The notes under the pieces: generated by a model
Databases searched by the model: none
What the model saw: the letters and a program-made list of their open reading frames with translations, nothing else
Told to the model about the DNA's origin: nothing
In this document: piece after piece, positions 32,895-45,395 of the stretch
Position numbering within the stretch: position 1 is the stretch's first letter
How the letters are laid out: every line of letters begins with the position of its first letter
Program-made: the position numbers and the translations under genes
Assembly (NCBI GenBank): GCA_002104945.1
Contig: MCFH01000022.1
Coordinates: 682,001-746,000 of the forward strand
DNA length: 64,000 nt
Direction: 5' to 3'
DNA from: Piromyces finnis finn
Lineage: Eukaryota; Fungi; Neocallimastigomycota

Positions 32895-35883
32895 ATTTAT
32901 CGATAATACCGCCGATACTTTAAATATTATAATAATACAATAATATTTAATAGCAAATAATTAAAAAAAAAAAAAAAAATTGCAATAAATTAAAAAAACT
33001 ATTACATTAAAAAAGAATTAAATAAATAATTTTATTAATAATCTATTCACAATAAATTATAACAATATAACAATAATGAAAGCATTGTAAAATAATACAA
33101 AAAAAAAAAAAAAAAAAAAAAATAGTATTAATAATAAATAAATTAACAATAAAAATATATAATTTAAATAAAAAATTAAAATGCATATCCATTATTTAAA
33201 ATTTATTGTGTCTCTATGTAATAAATAAAATATGTTTTAATTTGAAAAAGAACAAAAAAAAAAAAAAGACTTTACAAAAATGTAAATTTAGTAGGTTATT
33301 ATTTAGAGTTAATTAAAAAAAAAAAAAAAAAAAGTAACAGTAACCAGCCGGTAGAGTAATTAGCATTTTCTTAAATGTTTCCTAATTTTTAATTATCATT
33401 GACATGTCAATCCCAATTTTTAATAAAATTGGACTAGAATGATCTACTTTTTTATTTTTTATTCATTTTGTGTTTAATTAAACTTTAATATATATTAAAT
33501 ATAATATTACAATAATTTACTATTTAAATAGTGAAAAAATTAAAATATATATTATAGAAGGGTATTTTAGTGTCTCTATTAATGTTGATGATCAAATTTT
33601 AATAAAGATAAAATATAAAGCAAATAAATTCTATATATAAATATTATAAAAAAGTAATTGTTATTTATTATTCAAATTTTAAAAGTATATACTATTATTA
33701 TACTATTATTATTCAAATTTTAAATAATAATACTGTATTATTTAAATTCTAATTATTTTTTATTGTATTATTGAATAATGGTGTAACTGTTTAGATGGTA
33801 ATTATAAAATTCTTAATTGTTAAAACTATTATTATTTTAAATTACTATGGAGTACACTTTTAAGTTTAAAACATGCCGTCCGTTTAAACTTTAAATATTT
33901 TATAAAAAAATAATCCACATCATTTCACTGTGATATATGATATATTCTATTATACTAATGTATACATTGACCAATAATATTAGTTGGCTATAACAAAAAA
34001 AGGGTTAACCATTCTTTTATATTTTAATTAATTTTTTTTTTTGAAAATGTTTAAAAATAAAATCATTGTATTACTTACTATATTTGGAAAATTGTTAACA
34101 TAACAATGGATAAAAATAAATATGCTATAAAAACTTTATTTATTATAATATTTTAAATGAAAAATATATAAATAAATACAGAATATTCTAATTAAAGTTT
34201 TATTTTTTAATATTAATTAAATTTTGTGTATTTATTGAAAATTTTAAATTAAAAATTATATATTATTGAATTGGATTTTTTTTTTATATTTTATTGTCAT
34301 TGGTGAAGTTAAAGGATGAATCATATTTTTCTTCTCTATTCTTTACTAACGGCGGCAAAAATAGAAAAGCAGAAAATATAATTCAGCATAAAAATATAGC
34401 AGAGTTTCAACCACTATTCTTTTTTATATTTTTTAATAATTCTATTTTTGTTATCTTAAAAGATTTTAATTGCCCATTATGTCATATATAAATTAATATT
34501 ATTGGGATCACAATCAAGAAAATGAAATTAATGATAATAGTAATAATAATAATAAAACAATAATAACACTTTATATTTCTATACTATTTCTTTTTTTTTT
34601 CTTTTATTTAATATTTACTGAAACACTAATAATTTTTATATGATATTAATCATAATAATGACAATTAAATATTATAAAATAGTATGATAATAATAATTTT
34701 AATTATACATAATGGTATAATAGTGAGATAATAATATTCTTTAATACTTGATAATGATAATAATAAAACTATTTGTCATACAAAAAATAAAATATTTTAA
34801 TATAAAAATAATAGTTTATTTATAAATAATAGTGATCTTTCTTTAAATAATACTAAATACTAATATACAAAATAATATATAATATATGAATTATTGCTGG
34901 TATTTATTTCTTTTTGGTCAATTCATGTTGCTCAATTGTAATATTATTAATATTAAAATTTTTTGGTTGAACGGCACGAAAAATATTAATAAATTATTAT
35001 TTATAAATTATAATATATTAATTTAAATTATATACTATATTATTGTATATTATATTATACAATTAATATATAACTTAATAAATTTGGAAACTAAAATGTT
35101 TATATTATAATATAAAATAAATAAAAAATGACCAATATATTATTATATATTAATAAAAAATCAATAAATTTATAAATTTTAAATTAAAAATAAATGAATA
35201 TCTTTTTTTTAATATATTAATAAAAAGATTAATAAATTAATGGTTAGAGCCCAACTACTTATTAATCCATACATATTATATATAGAGAATATATATTAAA
35301 TTTTATTATTATAATTAAAATTATGTAAATGGAAAATTTTTATATTAAAATTTTGGTTAAAAATGAATATAATAATATATATACATATCATATATAATAA
35401 TATATTAATAACATATATTAGACTATTAAAAATTAAATATAAATTGTAATAATAAAAAAACTATCAAAAAAAATTTTTAAATAATATTAAGGTTGAATTA
35501 CAAATTTTTATTTTATATTATCATTTATATTAATTTTTCTTTTCTTTTTTCTTATTTAATATTACTTCAAATTTTTTTTTTTTTTCTTTTTTAAATGATT
35601 AAAATTCAATTTAAATAATCTATTAATTTAAATAATCTTTTTTTATTTAATACCATTTAAAAATATTATATATTGTAGAAGGAAAGATAATTTAAAAGTA
35701 TACAAAACATTAAAACATAATATTACATTACAGCTTATTTTTATTATATAATTAATAAAAAAATATCTATATCCAAAATATTATATTATTGAAATGTTAA
35801 GTAAAATATAAATTGAATTTTTAAAATATTAATTTATTTTTAAGTCATTTAAGAAAATAAGAATTATTAATTTTTATATAAAA

Positions 35884-37851
35884 ATGGTAAATAAAAATGA
35901 AGATATTAATAACACCCAAACTAATAAAATAAAGGAATTAAATGACAATACTAATAAAGTAAAAGAATTAAATGACAATAAAAATAAGACAAAGGTTTAT
36001 TATAATGTAAAAAAACCAAATAAACAACAACCTGTTATACCGCAAGAACAAACTAAAACAAACTCAACATCATCAAATTTAAATACTACGAATACTACAT
36101 TACCTGGACTACCAACGAATAATCCATCAAATTATCAAAATAATAGTAAAATAATAACATATAATAACAAAAATCAAACATTTAATATGATAGAGCATAC
36201 GCTAATAGCAATATGCGTTGCTTTCTTTGTACTGTTCTTGTTTGGTGTAACAAAAAGATATTATACAAATAAAAAAGGAAAATATTATGAAAAGGGTAAT
36301 AAAAAAATAATTCCTGAAGCCAATGGTTCAAAACGTGCGCTTAAAAATATATCCAAAATTAATGATTCTGCCAATTTTCCATTTAAAAATAAATTTGGAA
36401 GAAAATCAAGAGAATTAGTAAGTAAATTTTTAATTTTTATAACAAAAATATATAATTATTATTAAATTCAAAGTTGACAAAGCAAAACTTAATAATATAT
36501 ATTTTTTACAATTTAATTATTAAAATAACAATTTATTAATTTGGGAATTTTTAAATAATAAATTTTAATTGAAATATAGATTCCATCAATCTTAATGGGT
36601 TCTCCTGCACCATTAGCATCACTATCGGATGAAGCATTAAATTCTAAATTTAATGAAAGTTTTTCAATAGATAAAGATATCAGTATTAATGAGTCAATTA
36701 TACAGGCACAATCATATGAAAGAAATTCTATGAATTTCAATGATATCAAGACATTAAGTTGGCAACAAATGAATGGATATCAATATGATATTAATGATAT
36801 ATCACGGTGTAGTACAGAAACTAATGATGTTAGTAGAGGAAACTCAATCAATGAATCCAATAAACTTGATAATGTTGTTGATGTATACTTTTCAAGTAAA
36901 AAGGTTGATATAATGAGACAAAATTCTTCATCAAGTTGCTATTCAAATATACCCGATAATTCAAGCAGTTGTGGCGAACCAAGCTTATCACGTTATATTG
37001 ATAATGATTCTCTTTTAAAGTACGAATCATCAAAATGTAAATTAAATATGTATAATAATAATGATTATAGTTCACCAAATAATGGAATTAATCACAATAC
37101 ATCACTAAAGGCACCAACGTCCTATGGAAATAATCGTACATCATTGCAATCCTCTACCATACCATCTCTATCTCGCTTTAGTATAAAGAATATTTCCTCC
37201 GCAATTGCTTCTAGAAATAATAATGATTTCAATCCATCATTTTCATCTAATCAAAAATACTATAATAAATCAAGAAATTCCTATTCCAATTTCCAATCAA
37301 ATAATATAAATTTACAAAATTCTTTAGACATACAAAAGTCGCATCGCTATACATTAGGAGCTAATTTTAGTGAAGAAAAAGAAAAACTTAATCCCCAAAA
37401 TAATTTGATATCTAATAGTATTAATCCGGTAAAACAAAACAATTCAACCCTATCTAAAAGCTCATCAAAAGTAGTGAATGAAAAGTTAAAGTCTTCCACA
37501 TCAAATCCAAATATGAATGCAAATATAAATGATGGTAATAAGATTTCATATTCCATTGAAAAAGTGAAAAAGGAAAAAAGTAATGATTTTCATTCTGGTT
37601 CTGATTCTGATTCTGATTCTGATAGTGATTTAGAAGAAGAATTAGAAAATATAAGTACACATGAAGGAGGTGAAAATAATTCAAAAACAATTAATATAGA
37701 TACTCTCAATAATTCAAATCCAAATATAAGTGTACGTATACCGCATATGTCATTTAAAAACAGTACTCAAAATGAACTTCCAACAATAATTGTTAATTCT
37801 CAAAAAAATACACCAATAAATCCAGTTGAAACAGTTTATTATCGTTATTGA
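35884..37851 (+). CDS. Hypothetical single-pass membrane protein with long Ser/Asn-rich tail; at least 2 exons
   Basis: ORFs 35884..36465 and 36595..37851 join in frame via intron 36418-36579 (...KSREL|IPSILMGSPAP...). One hydrophobic segment, TLIAICVAFFVLFLFGV. The true start may lie further upstream. Confidence 0.65.
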
Positions 37852-39072
37852 ATTTAAATAAAAATGGATTAATTAATAGATATAACATTTCATGTTTTTA
37901 ATATTATTTTTTTTTCTTAGATATTTGTAATATAATTTAAATATATATATATATTAACGTTCCTTTTAGTACTAATGTACAAAAAAAAAAAAAAAAAGAA
38001 TAATGCATAAGGAATTTTAGATGACGATGACAAAAAAAATATATATATATAAAGTTATAATTGTTGATTTAATTATATATTTTTATTTTGTAAAAAAAAA
38101 AGAAAGAAAAATCACATACTCTCATACCATCATCAGATAGATATATAGAATAAAAAAAATGGGGAATATTTTCTATCACCTTTCATTATACGTTAAAAAA
38201 TATATCATTTTAAATATTTAATTTTTATTTTTTAATAAAAAATTTCATAAAACATTTTATACAATTTACATAATTTAATTATTTGTTAATATTCAATGTT
38301 TAATTTTAACATTTTATTTAATATAAAAATAATAAAATAAAAATAAAAGTAAAATTGATTGGGGTATATTTGCTCAATTAGAAAAGTATATATTTTAATA
38401 TTATTATTATTTAAAATAAACCTATTTTTAAAAAGTTATTATCTAATAGTGTTAAAATATTTTTTTTCCCTTTATATCTGATTTTATTTGATAATAATAA
38501 TTATTATTATTTCATTGAATACAAAAATTTTACAGTCTTCTTTGTCTAAAATAATAATAAACTTAATAATAATAGTATTGTAAAGTTTTTAAGAGTGATT
38601 TTGTATTAAGAGTAATTTAAGGCATTTCTTTTTTTATTATTAAACATTTGTTTAGAAAAGGAAAGTTCAATTAATAAGAATGTATATTGAATTTATTCCT
38701 CAAATAAACAATAATATCAAAATTCAGTGAGGCATTGAATTAGTCAAATAAAAGTTGACTTTAATTTACACTTTAAGAAGATTTCTATTTAATATTTTTT
38801 ATATCATTATTCAAGAATGGATAATTGAAAAAATTATCAATATGATAATTCATGAAATTAATGAAAGTTGAAATTAGAATATATGAATCAAAATATAATA
38901 ATTATTATATTTTAATATTATTTTCAATTAAAAAAGAATAATATTTTATACATTTTAAATTCATTTTTAATTATATCTATTTTTCTTTCTTTCTTTCTTT
39001 TTTTCTATGATGTTATTTTCAATTCACAAAAAACTGGGTTCACAATTTATTTTATTAATACATTTTATTACT

Positions 39073-39103
<31 letters not shown>

Positions 39104-39849
39104 TATTAAATAATAATATAAATATAGTAAAATATATCCTGCAAAAGTTATTTTATTTATTAAAATATTAATTATTTTATATATACATATATGAATTTGT
39201 ATAATGAATTGAGTAAATGAAAAACAATTAAACTCGTCAAAGTCGCTTATTTAAAGAAAAAGATCACTCCCAATTAATGTTATCTTTTGAATATTTAATA
39301 TTTATATATAAATGAAGTAAATTTAAGCATAATTATTTCATTAATATAACCTTTTATATTTTTTAATATTATTATAGTGAATTAATGCAAAATTTTATCA
39401 TATGTTTAATAATAATATTAATCGTTTTTGTCTCTTTCACCCATGATTAAAGTGTTGCAAAATTAACAAGGAGGTCCTTCTTTTGTGAATTTATTATTGA
39501 CTGGTTCACCTTTCATATAATAGAATTAAATATTTATATTTTACTATTAAAATGTTTTAACATGATTTGTTGATTTGTGTAACATAAAAGTTAAAACGTT
39601 TTAATAATTAAAAATGAAAAGTGTAATAAATAATAATAATAATAATAAAAAAAAAAGACCTTTTTTTAATATTTTTTTAATACTAAATAATACTAAATAA
39701 TAAAAAAAAGGTTTTATTATATTCCTCATCATTTTATAATAAAAGCATTTCAAAAAAAAAAAAAAAAAAAAAAAAAAATAAATAAAAAAAAAAATACATT
39801 ATCAAGCAATATATATATATATATAAATAAAAACATTGAGTTTAATAAT

Positions 39850-39906
39850 TTTATAATATTTAAAATTATCCTTTATTATTTTATAATATTTAAAATTATC
39901 CTTTAT
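39850..39906. repeat. 30-bp tandem duplication just upstream of the TVP15-like start codon
   Basis: TTTATAATATTTAAAATTATCCTTTAT occurs twice with period 30. Confidence 0.8.
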
Positions 39907-39937
39907 AAACAAATTCTACTATAAAAAAGTTAATAAA

Positions 39938-40904
39938 ATGGAAAATCTTAAATTGATGTATTACTTTTCCCTAATATCATTAGCATTATTAGCAATTGGA
40001 GGTAAATAGTTTATTCTAATTTTTACTAATTCATTGTTTCACAATTTCGTTTTTATTTTTTAAGGAAAACATTATAATATTATTAATTACCCATTGTTTT
40101 AGTAAATTTATAGAATTTTTAATTGATATGCTTATATGTGTATAAATAAAAAATTTAGGTATTATGTATATTTTAACGAACCCATTTGCTTTCAATAGTA
40201 TTGTTATTGGTAAATATAAATACTTTTATCTTTTAAACCGATAACTTTTATAGTATTAATTACTTTAAATTTTTAAATATAAATTGTATATATAATAAAT
40301 AACCAAATACATAAATTAAAATAAAAATTCAAAATCTCAATTACAAATTCAAAATTCAAAATTTTTAATTTGAAATGTTAAAATTCAAATGTTATTTCAA
40401 TATAAATATTAATATGAATACCATTTTTTTAATATATAAATAACAACAATAACAATAATAAAAGGTGGTGTGACATCCTTTTTAAGTTGTGTTTTATGCT
40501 TAATTCAACTTGCAAATGAAAATTCAATTCCACAAGCTATGAAGAAATATTGTCCATTCTTATTTACCTACATTGGCCGTGGTGTTGTTTTAATTTTCTT
40601 TGGTTGTATTATTTTGACTTCAAATGTTCCATTACTTGTTATTGCATCAATTTCAGTATTTGTTGGTATAATATTTATTGTTTTTCATTATATTAGTAAT
40701 GATCATTATAATGAAGAAAAGGAGGTATTTATTTTTAAATATATAATATAAATAATATAAATATATTAATTCCATGTTAAAATGAAATTAGAAAAAAAAA
40801 AAAAAATTATAAAATACTAACCTTTATTTTTTTTTTTAAATTTTTATATAAAAATAAAAAAGATTTTCGGATGGGCACCAAATTTTTCTGATATGATTGT
40901 TTAA
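39938..40904 (+). CDS. COPI-associated / TVP15-like Golgi membrane protein; 4 exons
   Basis: Exons 39938-40001, 40159-40209, 40465-40724 and 40863-40904 join in frame. Several TM helices and the motif FLFTYIGRGVVLIFFG, matching the COPI_assoc family pattern from memory. Confidence 0.72.
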
Positions 40905-41315
40905 GTTATTTCTTTAAAGAAAATAATCTATGATATTTAAGATACCTCATTTGATTCTATAGAATATAACAATCATTAATACTATTATATTATTATTAAC
41001 GTTTATTGAATAAATAAAAAAGATTAAAATATTATCCATAAGTTAAAATAGATTAAAAGTAATTTATTAATATTAAATATTCAAAGAATAATAAGAAAAT
41101 TCTTTCAATGTAAATATAATAAATTATAATGTAATTATAATGTAGTATATTATTATAAATAAGAATAATTAGTTAGAAAGTAAAATAAAGTAGAAATAAA
41201 ATTATAATAAAAATAAAAACACTATTTTATGTATGTTTTATTATGTTAACATTACAATAGTAATAAGAAAATGAAATTTTTTTTTTTTTTTAATAATTAT
41301 CTTAATTTTTAATAA

Positions 41316-41361
<46 letters not shown>

Positions 41362-41417
41362 ATATAATTTTTTTAATAATATCTATTGTAAAGTACTTTT
41401 TAATATCATAAATTTAT

Positions 41418-43761
41418 TTATTCTTCACAAGATTTTGGAATTCCACACCAGTCATTATTTAAAACACCCCAGGAACCAAGACTGTCTTTCAAATGAACAG
41501 AACAATCCTTACAACATGGATAACCATATTTTGCAGACCAACATTTTTCACTTTTTAAATTACATTCATCAGGGATACCACACCATTCGTTATTTTCTAT
41601 ACCCCAGAAACCATCATCATTTTGATATATGGAATAACAGTGTGAACAACACTTGTAACCAAGAGCTTCAAATTTACAATTGGAGGATACGGCTCCCCTT
41701 CCAGTTTTACAGAGCATTATATCAATTTTACAGGACATTTGATTTTCCCATCCCCATAATGAACCATCTTCACCCGTAGCAGTAATATCACATCCTATAC
41801 AGTAATTATTACTTTCAACTTCATTTGAATCTAAACCACATAATTTTTTATTAATTTCACATGATCCTTTACTTTCCCATCCCCATAATGAACCATCACC
41901 ACCGGTTGAGGTAACTGTACATCCTTTACAGTAATGACTATTAATATTATCGATATAATCATTTTCTATTGATTCATTCTTATTTAGTCCACACATTACT
42001 TTATCAATTTCACATGACTTTCCATTTTCCCAACTCCAGTATGAACCATCAGCACCAGTAGCTGTGATATCACATCCTCTACAGTAATTAGTATCAAAGA
42101 ATGTATCATTTATGTTGTCATCCTCACTAATAAATCCACATGCTATTTTATCAATTTCACACGATTTTCCATTTTCCCATCCCCAGTAAGAACCATCATC
42201 ACCAGTGGCTGTAACATCACATCCTCCACAGTAACTATTGTCAAGGATTGAATCATCTATGTTGTCATCCTCACTAATAAATCCACATGCTATTTTATCG
42301 ATTTTACATGATGTACCATTTTCCCATCCCCAATATGAACCATCATCACCAGTAGCTGTAACATCACATTTTCTACAATAACCACTTTCAGAAATTGGCA
42401 TATCATCAATATCATCATAATTACGATCATTAATACTACTATTACCATTATTACTGTCATTAATATCATTATCATTTTCTATAGATTCATCACTACCAAG
42501 TTCACATAATACTACATTAATTTCACAGGCTTTTTCATTTTCCCATCCCCATAAAGAACCATCACCACCAGTACCAGTAACATTACATCCTTCACAATAA
42601 ACTTTTTTATTGATAAAAGTTGGAACTTCGGTTAATTCGGATGGTCCCGGTAAATATGGTTTTAACCATGCCATTTGTCCTGGGAATGCTTTTTCATCAT
42701 TTGGTTCTATGGATAAGCCGTTACTTCCCCACCATGGACCTGCAGCCCACCATAAAGCACCAACAATATATTCTCTATTTTCTTGAAGATATTCAATGGC
42801 TTCTTGAATGCATTGATGACATTCATCATTAAAGAATGAACCAATTTCACCAACCCATCCCTTTAAATTATTTGCCTTAAGCCATTCAATATATTCTTTA
42901 AAGAGATTTTGACATGGACGTTGAACACATTGACTATTATAACCAGAATAATCACTATCGAAATATTGGTGAACTTCAAAAAGAATATTTTCATCTTCTG
43001 AAGAAAAATATCTTAAGGCAACATCTGCATTAGATTCACCATAGTAAGATTGACACCAATTCCAAGCACCAGTCCAACCATTACCTGGAACTAAAATAGT
43101 ATTTTTGGCACCAGTGGAGCGAATACCATCAACAGCGGCACGAGCGGCCATAAACCAATCATTTGTATTTATATCATGTGGTTCGTTCACCAAACCAAAC
43201 CAAACATTTTCATTATCTTTAAAAACTTCAGCAAGCCTAATCCAGAAATCAACAAAAGCTTCAATTGGAACTTCTTTAGAACCAATAAGCTTATTGTTAT
43301 AACGTGCGTAATTATGTGGATCAATAACAGCAATAGCCCCCTTAGCGGTAATCGTGTCAATGATTTTTTTAATTTCAGTAATATCAAATTCATTTAATTC
43401 ACCATATAATTCATGCTGTAAACGTTCCCATCTATTACAAACACGAAAAGCATTCATACCTTGTTCTCTTAAAACTTCGATTTTTTCAATGTCTGGATAT
43501 ACATAATTTCTATTGTAAACACCCGGAAAATCATCTTCACCAAATTCACCACTGGATTCATTAGCACCAAACTTGAATAAAATTATACATATTATTTATT
43601 ATTATTTATTAATATAAGTAATAATACAAAAGATTTAATTTAATTGGAATAATAAGGATGATAATAATAATATTAAAATATTTTTATAAACTCACATATT
43701 GAAGTTTTTCAGCCGAAACAAACGTTAAAGCTGCTAATAATAGTGTTTTAGATAATTTCAT
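41418..43761 (-). CDS. Secreted GH5 (subfamily 5-type) endoglucanase with 6 non-canonical CBM10/dockerin-like repeats and 2 canonical fungal dockerins; 2 exons
   Basis: Exon 1 43761-43696 (MKLSKTLLLAALTFVSAEKLQY), exon 2 43571-41418. Motifs GANESSGEFG, DPHNYARY, NEPHD (acid/base), FEVHQY, GEIG (nucleophile), WWAAGPWW. C-terminal GYKCC...DDGFWGIENNEWCGI and YGYPCC...WGVLNNDWCGI. Confidence 0.95.
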
Positions 43762-44522
43762 AATTTATATGTAAATAAGTAATCAAAAATAATAATAAAA
43801 ATAATAATAATAACTTTTTTTTTTTTTTACAATAATATTTCTATTATTTAATTTTTTTTTCTCATTTAAAAAAATAAGTAGTAATATGAGAATAAAATAT
43901 TATTATAAGATAAAAATAATATAATTATAATATCATTACATGTTACAAAAAAATTATTCCCTTTTTTATTAATATATAAATATTAATATTGATCTTCCTG
44001 TATTTTTTTTTTTTTTTTATTATCTCAGGGATACATTCAACAATAAATTACTATATTTTAAAGTTTAATATAATTAATTAAAAAAAAAAATCCACTCAAT
44101 TGCTTACTTTTACTATTTTTTATTTATTTTTTGATATTCTTTTGATTTAGAATAAAAAAAAAAAAAATGTGGATCATTTTATTCTATAAATTTTAATTAT
44201 CCAATAATATATATTTAACAATATGCTTTTAAATGTAATGTATAATGTAGTGTTAAGTTTTTGATGTAAAAATAATATATAAGTTTTGAATAAAGTTTTG
44301 GTATAGAAAATAAAAGAGAAACTTTTTGGAGATGGAAAATTAACAAACATTGTATAATAATTTATTAAACGCTAATAAATTATTATAAATAACTTTATTA
44401 GCATTTAATAATGATAACGATTTAAATATATTTTTAATTTTATTTTAAAAAAAATAAATAATAAAATAATATTATTTTTTAATAAAATTAATTATTATTG
44501 AATTTTTTAAAGAAATTATCAT

Positions 44523-44572
<50 letters not shown>

Positions 44573-44736
44573 GGCATCAAATATTTTAAACTTTATTATT
44601 AATTTAATTAAAATTATAATACATGTAATAAAAAATTAAAAATTAAAATAAAAATAAAAAAAATATGTTTAAATAAACACAAATGAATAAAAATTGGGTA
44701 TAATGTATTCTAGTAATTTTAATTAAAGTAAGAAAG

Positions 44737-44912
44737 CCACTATCATACTAAAGTATAATAATTGTATTTGACTTCCAATGGGACACCGAGCCAAAGATCA
44801 AAATTTTGTCATGGAACAAAATTATGATCTCCATTGGTTGCGCTGGCCCTCCTGGCCTGTCAGAAATTATCATAATGGTATGAACAAAGAAATGTAAAAA
44901 AAAAAAAAAAAA
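44737..44912 (+). mobile_element. Possible short poly(A)-tailed retroposed insertion
   Basis: GC-elevated island ending in an A-run of about 18, flanked by AAGAAAG at 44730-44736 and 44913-44919 (weak TSD candidate). Contains a 39-codon ORF 44778..44897 whose TAA merges into the A-run. Confidence 0.3.
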
Positions 44913-45395
44913 AAGAAAGTAGATTAAATTAATATATAAATTATATTTTATTATTTATATGTATATATATATTTTTCCTCAATCTAAAAATATTTATTGG
45001 TAACTTTTAATATTTTATTGGAATAATTCATAATACTGTTTAGTAGTAATAATAAAAAGAAAAAAATTAGTAGATTATTTTTTTTTTAAATTTTATCAGA
45101 AATATTAATGATAATTATTTTTATTTTATACACAAAAGATAAAATAATTGTTTATTATTAATATTATTTTTTTTTGAATTATTTATTTTACTTTTTTTTT
45201 TTTTTTTTACAACTATTTATAACTGTATTTGCTTTTAAAAATAATAAAAAATTCTATTTTTTTTGTATTATAAAAAAAAAAAGAAAAAATTAAATCATAA
45301 ATTTACATATATTTTTGGTTTAAATTTTCTTTTCCTTTTTCTTAAAAATTGATATATTCTAGGAAATTATTTAAAAATATTCTTTATAATTCACT

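Noticed and set aside
33335-33365. GC blip AACCAGCCGGTAGAGTAATTAGC as a tRNA or ncRNA
   Set aside because: No cloverleaf or B-box and too short.
41318-41357. 40-nt T-run downstream of the first GH5 gene (a poly-A in sense) as a retrogene signature
   Set aside because: The gene retains an intron, and long A/T runs are ubiquitous in this window.
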